Shown here: positions 57,546-64,000 of the stretch, one piece after another
Layout of the letters: each line of letters begins with the position of its first letter
Position numbering within the stretch: the first letter of the stretch is position 1
Source of the DNA: Macrostomum hystrix
Lineage: Eukaryota > Animalia > Platyhelminthes
DNA length: 64,000 bases
Direction: 5' to 3'
Assembly (NCBI GenBank): GCA_950097015.1
Contig: CATNEN010000034.1
Location: 2,418,001-2,482,000, forward strand
The notes under the pieces: generated by a model
Told to the model about the DNA's origin: nothing
Seen by the model: the letters and a program-made list of their open reading frames with translations, nothing else
Databases searched by the model: none
Translations under genes and position numbers: made by a program

Positions 57546-60022
57546 ATGAGCAAAGTTCTAGAGCCCGCTGGCCTGGGAGTCGAACTGTCGCTGTCTTGGC
57601 TGCCAACAGATTTTGTGGCATCAGATATGGCCGGACCCTTCCACCTGGAGGCCTTCATGCCGCTGTACGACGATAAAGACTGGCCAATGTTCAAACAGAA
57701 ACACGCACAGCAGAAGTACATCAGTAGGTCGTTTCAGATCGGACAGTCAAGGTCAAATTTTCAACGGGCCGTCAGGTTAGTCATGCTCACTCCAAACTTC
57801 TCAATGATACATTCGCCCACGACGCAAAATCAATTGCATCTACTCATTTTCCAAGACCCTCTTCATTTGGAACCCTTTTCCTACGGAACCCTTTTCCTAC
57901 GGAACCCTTTTCCTACGGAACCCTTTTCCTACAGAACCCTTTTCCTACGGAACCCTTTTGCTACGGAACCCTTTTCCTACGGAACCCTTTTCCTACGGAA
58001 CCCTTTTCCTACGGAACCCTTTTCCTACGGAACCCTTTTCCTACGGAACCCTTTTCCTACGGAACCCTTTTCCTACGGAACCCTTTTCCTACTGAATCCT
58101 TTTCCTACGGAACCCTTTTCCTACGGAACCCTTTTCCTACGGAACCCTTTTCGTATGGAACCCTTTTCCTACGGAACCCTTTTCCTACGGAACCCTTTTC
58201 CTACGGAACCCTTTTCCTACTGAATCCTTTTCCTACGGAACCCTTTTCCTACGGAACCCTTTTCCTACGGAACCCTTTTCCTACGGAACCCTTTTCCTAC
58301 GGAACCCTTTTTCTACGGAACCCTTTTCCTACGGAACCCTTTTCCATGCAGCGGTCTGTACATCGGGCGAGCCGAAGTCGACGGTGACTGGCGCATCGGC
58401 ACTGTCCATTGGCAGTACAGAAGCGGTGCCTCTGGTGAAGTGCAGCGGCTACCGACGCTGCTGGATGGCCGTCAGATAAAGCGAGCGAAAGTGCCACCAT
58501 TGTTTATTTCAAACGAGACTGGCATTCGCGCCATCTGCAAGTATGAGGTCAGGACGATGTACTTTTTCACTTTACTTTTCACGGCTTCCTTTGCACTAGC
58601 CAATCAGATCCTTCAATGCCTCAGCTATACTTCAGTGCCTCAGCTATCCTTCAGTGCCTCAGCTATCCTTCAGTGCCTCAGCTATCCTTCAGTGCCTCAG
58701 CTATCCTTCAGTGCCTCAGCTATCCTTCAGTGCCTCAGCTATCGTTTAGTGCCTCAGCTATCGTTCAGTGCCTCAGCTATCCTTCAGTGCTTCAGCTATC
58801 TTTCAGTGCCTCAGCTATCCTTCAGTGCCTCAGCTATCCTTCAGTGCCTCAGCTATCCTTCAGTGCCTCAGCTATCCTTCAGTGCCTCAGCTATCCTTCA
58901 GTGCCTCAGCTATCCTTCAGTGCCTCAGCTATCCTTCAGTGCCTCAGCTATCCTTCAGTGCCTCAGCTATCGTTTAGTGCCTCAGCTATCGTTCAGTGCC
59001 TCAGCTATCCTTCAGTGCCTCAGCTATCCTTCAGTGCCTCAGCTATCCTTCAGTGCCTCAGCTATCGTTCAGTGCCTCAGCTATCCTTCAGTGCCTCAGC
59101 TATCTTTCAGTGCTTCAGCCATCCTTCTGTGCCTCAGCTATCCTTCAGTGCTTCAGCTATCCTTCAGTGCCTCAGCTATCTTTCAGTGCCTCAGCTATCT
59201 TTCAGTGCCTCAGCTATCCTTCAGTGCCTCAGCTATCCTTCAGTGCCTCAGCTATCGTTTAGTGCCTCAGCTATCGTTCAGTGCCTCAGCTATACTTCAG
59301 TGCCTCAGCTATCCTTCAGTGCCTCAGCTATCCTTCAGTGCCTCAGCTATCCTTCAGTGCCTCAGCTATCCTTCAGTGCCTCAGCTATCCTTCAGTGCCT
59401 CAGCTATCCTTCAGTGCCTCAGCTATCCTTCAGTGCCTCAGCTATCGTTTAGTGCCTCAGCTATCGTTCAGTGCCTCAGCTATCCTTCAGTGCCTCAGCT
59501 ATCCTTCAGTGCCTCAGCTATCCTTCAGTGCCTCAGCTATCCTTCAGTGCCTCAGCTATCCTTCAGTGCCTCAGCTATCCTTCAGTGCCTCAGCTATCCT
59601 TCAGTGCTTCAGCTATCCTTTAGCGCCTCAGCCACCTCTTCAGCACCTCATAAAAGCCGCGCCTATCGCAGATTCTTCGGCCGTCTTTTATCGGGAGTTT
59701 CCTCGGCCGGCCGCACCGATGGCATCCCTGGCGCGGCTGCAACGAGTCGCCACTCGGCGCTGTGGTGGCCGGCTGCGAGTCAGACAGGCCGCTGTACCTG
59801 GCCAGGACGGTGTTGAACAACCGGTTGCTGGCCGGTGAGTTCGCTCCGCACCGGCGCTCGGCTACGTTCGTATGCGACCCAGCCGATACTGTCCAATTCG
59901 ACGCTCAGGACGATTATACGTCAGAGAAGTTGAAACCCTGCCAGTTAGTTGATAATTTCGAAGTTCTGGTGCTGCAGGAACGCAGCGTGCACCCGGACAT
60001 TGCTAAGGTGTTTCGAATTTGA
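57546..60022 (+). CDS. DM9-repeat protein (~258 aa); exons 57546-57775, 58352-58547, 59672-60022
   Basis: Repeat 1 GLYIGRAEVDGDWRIGTV...YE|IL; repeat 2 WRGCNESPLGAVVAGCESDRPLYLARTVLNNRLLAGEFAP...FEVLV; both match the DM9 pattern. Junctions are frame-compatible (phases 2 and 0). The start and end could be extended by further exons. Confidence 0.78.
57868..58345. repeat. 16-bp minisatellite (GGAACCCTTTTCCTAC)n in DM9 intron 1
   Basis: Runs directly into the acceptor TTTTCCATGCAG. Confidence 0.94.
58612..59632. repeat. 19-bp minisatellite (CAGTGCCTCAGCTATCCTT)n in DM9 intron 2
   Basis: Period 19, ~54 units. Confidence 0.95.
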
Positions 60023-60751
60023 AAACTGATTCTAGTTGTTCTTCAAAATATTTGTTGCACATTTTGGGGTTTGAGACAATGGGAATCTTGACGCTTTGAT
60101 ATTGTATGGTTTTGAGGAGTTAAAATGTTTATTACATAAATTTCCTTAAAAATGTTAAGATCGAATGGAGTCTAAATTTCGGGCAAGTGAGGCTTTAAGC
60201 TTTGGCTGTCTCTCCAGTTTCTGCTATGGTTCAAACATATATTTGGATTTATTTTCAGCCTACACTACTGCTAAATAGTTTCAGTAGTACGGTACGAACA
60301 TGATAACTCTATTTAATCACGTTTGATATGCAAAAAGATTCAAATTGTTTACAGCGGTGTTTTATCTTGGATATAAATAGAGCAAAGGCTAAAAACAGTT
60401 ATAAAAGTACAAAGGAGAATAATCGGACGAAGAATCTTGAGAGACACCTGAAACTATGACTAAGCCAGCAGATGAAGTAAATATCAAAACTATAAAATAT
60501 GTTTTTTAAGGCCTACTAAACATGTACAATAGAGAAAATTGTAAGTAGCTGGTAGATAAAAAGCTATTACTGAAGTTAATGAATTATCGGTAAAAAAGAG
60601 CTACGCACTCACAATCAGTACTAGAAAAAAGTTAGCACGGTTGATGCATCTGTATGAAACAGTGAAATTTAGCAAATATTATAATACTTTTTTAGACTAC
60701 AATAAGGCAAGCGGCATTGTCTTATATAGCTATTATGAAATTGCTTTCCTA

Positions 60752-60970
60752 CTGCTCTCTGATTGGCTATTACTCTCTGAATGTTAAACCGGTGTACTCT
60801 GATTGGCTATTACTCTCTGAATGTTAAACCGGTGTACTCTGATTGGCTATTACTCTCTGAATGTTTAACCGGTGTACTCTGATTGGCTATTACTCTCTGG
60901 ATGGTTAACCGCTGCGCTCTGATTGGCTATTACTCTCTAAATTGTTAACCGCCGCGCTCTGATTGGCGGC
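60752..60970. repeat. 40-bp tandem repeat, each unit carrying CTGATTGGC (CCAAT box)
   Basis: GATTGGC starts at 60761, 60801, 60841, 60881, 60921 and 60961. Confidence 0.88.
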
Positions 60971-61133
60971 GCCTTTCTGATTGATTTCTCACGCCCTATA
61001 TGATTCACCATTTGATTTTAATTGATACATAATTGAGGTTAATTTTTATTGAAGCAATTCGTGCATTTAAATCTATTCGTCCAAAACCTGAGCGACAAGC
61101 GTCTCATATCTTCCTGTCGGTTGAGGTTCGAAC

Positions 61134-64000
61134 TCACACGCGCTTCTCGTCGTTGCCATCGTCGGCAGCGAGCTCTTCGAGATCCTTCGGTGTGGACATC
61201 CGACTTCGCCGGCGCAGGCGGATGGTTTCTTCGGTCTGCTGCTCCGGCAGCAGGTCGTCCAGCAGGCGCAGCTCATTCCTGGTGAACACAAAGTCAAGCA
61301 GCTTGCGGGCGAAGCAGAGAGACAGCACCATCAGGGGGAACGCGATGCTGATCACGGAGATCTTCTTCACAGCCCACAGCATGGCAAAGCAGATCAACTG
61401 GATGACCGTGAACAAGTGGACGCGCCACATCTTCACCTCCCTGCGGAGGTGTTGTCAATTTTAACTTGTCGACATTGAACCTGAATCAAATTCAATCTTC
61501 TTAGAGTCGCTTGAGTGGATTGAGTTCAAAGCTTTAGTAATCCGTTACTGCTATTGTTGACATCCCCTCAGAATAATCTCCCTAGAAATATTCCTTAAAC
61601 CCCTAGTGAATCCGCAGCCTGACCTTAGACAGGCCATGTCTGGCTGGTTCTTTCTCGGCTGCAGCAGCAGCAGGAACCTGTCAAACAGTTGCATGCCGTT
61701 CAGAGAAGAGATGCCCATGAATAGGAAAACTCCGTATAGCACAGGCATGGGGATGTGGCACAGCACGGGGGACATGAATACGGACAGGCCGATGCACAGG
61801 AACACTAGCAGGCCGGTGACGCGGTTCTCGCGGCAGCCCAGCATGACGGGTCGCTCGCCAGGCGCCGTGCACTCGCTCTCCTGACGCAGGCTCAGCACGT
61901 GATTGATTGATAGCACAGTGGCTGCCACGAACCAAGGCAGGCCCAGGGCGGTGTTGATCGCCACGCAGACAGCCACCACCTGTGTTTGAGATTCTTGCAA
62001 TGTTTGACAAAATGTGGAATTGAAAGTAGGACTTAAGCGTGTTTTCTAGCTTTTAACACCTACGCACCAGAAGGTCCAGATGGTAGCCAACGCCCTTTCG
62101 CATTTTGTTCTCGCGTCTGTTGACAATGACGCTGGTGATCTGCTGGTCCAGGAACAGCAAAATCACCGCCAAGACGGCTGGACCCAGCGCGATGAGCGAT
62201 GTGTACCAAGGATTGATACCGAAAGGATGCACCAGCCAGCCGCGGTAGGTGAAGCCGAGGGTTGGCTCAAAACTGGTCGGGATCAGCAGCTTTGGCGTGT
62301 GCAGATCTACGGGTTGGAGGGCAGCGCTGGCCTGACACAATGCCCACTTCGAACTAACTTCGACCCCAATCTAAACCAGCTCAAAACCTCGCTATAAACC
62401 AGCTCGACCCAGCTATAAACCAACTCGACCCAGCTATAAACCAGCTCGACCCAGCTATAAACCAGCTCGACCCAGCTATAAACCAGCTCAAAACCTTGCT
62501 ATAAACCAGCTCGACCCAGCTATAAACCAGCTCAAAACCCAGCTATAAACCAGCTCAAAACCTAGCTATAAACCAGCTCGACCCAGCTATAAACCAGCTC
62601 GACCCAGCTATAAACCAGCTCGACCCAGCTATAAACCAACTCGACCTAGCTATAAACCAGCTCGACCCAGCTATAAACCAGCTCGACCCAGCTATAAACC
62701 AGCTCGACCCAGCTATAAACCAGCTCGACCCAGCTATAAACCAGCTCGACCCAGCTATAAACCAACTCGACCCAGCTATAAACCAGCTCGACCCAGCTAT
62801 AAACCAACTCGACCCAGCTATAAACCAGCTCGACCCAGCTATAAACCAACTCGACCCAGCTATAAACCAGCTCGACCCAGCTATAAACCAGCTGAAAACC
62901 TTTCTATAAACCAGCTCGACCCAGTTATATTTCTATAAACCAGCTCCACCTAGCTATAAACCAGCTCGACCCAGCTATAGACCAGCTCGACCCAGTTATA
63001 TTTCTATAAACCAGCTCGATCTAGCTATAAACCAGCTCGACCCAGCTATAAACCAGCTCAAAACCTTGCTATAAACCAGCACGACCCAGCTATAAACCAG
63101 CTCAAAACCTTGCTATAAACCAACTCGACCCAGCTATAAAACAGCTCGAAACCTTGCTATAAACCAGCACGACCCAGCTATAAACCAGCTCGACCCAGCT
63201 ATAAACCAGCTCGACCCAGCTATAAACCAGCACGACCCAGCTATAAAACAGCTCGAAACCTCGTTCTAAACCGACTTGACCCCTTAAATGACCCTTAATG
63301 ATCGCAAACCATTCACAAAAATTCTAAACCTGCATCTATTTGGCGACTCACCCAGAAGGAAGTCGACCAGCGTGACTAGGCAGATGGCGATCATGACGGC
63401 AAAGTCGGACATTAGGCGACGAACAAATGACGGAAACAGGCTGCCGTTGCGGGCCTTCTTAAGCGTGAAGCAAATGAAGAAGCTGGCCAAGAACAGCAGG
63501 CAGGAGATGAAGAACACGTCCGGCACGCTGAACAGGCCGCAGCCGCGCCCGATCCAGACGCCGCCGTATTCTGGGCAGGTCTTCCAGAACAGGTCGTGAT
63601 CCCACGAGTAATAGTCCATGGCGCTGAAGTTTGCCACGGTGACATTGCCAACAAGGTAGGTTGGCAGCTGGCGGGCCATCTTGGGCGGCACCGGCACCAG
63701 CTCGGTGAGGTTCTCGTTGGGGAAGCACTCGCACTCAACGATAACCTCCTGTTTGGGATGCCAGGCCCGATTCAACGGATAATCGGCTGAGATTTTGAAC
63801 AGCTTGGCGAATGACTCGTAGATGAAGATGACGGCGATGAGCAGGGCAAAGTTCTCCTCCGTAAATCGGGTGATGTATTTCACCAGGAAGCTGAGGTCCA
63901 ATGCTACTACGACTACTAGCAGAGCGGCAGTCCACATGCCGATCCACCAGCGGAAGGACAAGTAGTCCCAGTGGTATCGATCGCTCATTTTGAACACGAT
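61134..64000 (-). CDS. SLC4: SLC4-family (Na+-coupled NBC/NDAE-like) bicarbonate transporter, 3' part; exons >64000-63352, 62306-62068, 61979-61624, 61440-61134
   Basis: [149 protein letters not shown]. Junction phases 1/0/2 are consistent. Confidence 0.95.
62392..63265. repeat. 21-bp minisatellite (TATAAACCAGCTCGACCCAGC)n in SLC4 intron
   Basis: Period 21. Confidence 0.95.

Noticed and set aside
54323-59816. 300-500 aa ORFs in the track (PCPFTPSSPLSLHSLL, AEERMQGWQRREC, QCLSYPSVPQLSFSAS)
   Set aside because: Minisatellite read-through; the real exons flanking them assemble into the DM9 gene with the arrays in introns.
10428-63265. Consistent purine/pyrimidine strand bias of intronic arrays relative to transcription
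   Set aside because: Sense strands are purine-rich in BicD and RBR introns but pyrimidine-rich in CK1 and DM9 introns, so there is no rule.

Overview
Eukaryotic (metazoan) genomic DNA. GC-rich, poly-Ala/poly-Gln-rich exons sit in AT-rich introns, and roughly 19 kb (~30%) of the window is private tandem minisatellite arrays. This style is consistent with a flatworm such as Macrostomum (inference). Most long ORFs in the supplied track are translations of these arrays. I assembled ten genes by hand from splice sites: Bicaudal-D (+), OGG1 (+), an orphan Ubl(LRLHGG)-RBR E3 ligase with a half-degenerate RING1 (-), casein kinase I alpha (-) with a frameshifted THAP-domain gene nested in its first intron, two tandem paralogous Cys/Pro-rich small proteins ending in CC (-), a compact SPICE1-like gene (+), a divergent two-repeat DM9 protein (+), and the 3' part of an SLC4 bicarbonate transporter (-). 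Mobile DNA includes two tRNA-derived SINE families with TSDs, several MITE/foldback elements and a solo-LTR-like insertion. The best novelty candidates are the Ubl-GG/RBR fusion, the Cys/Pro-rich paralog pair and the nested THAP gene.
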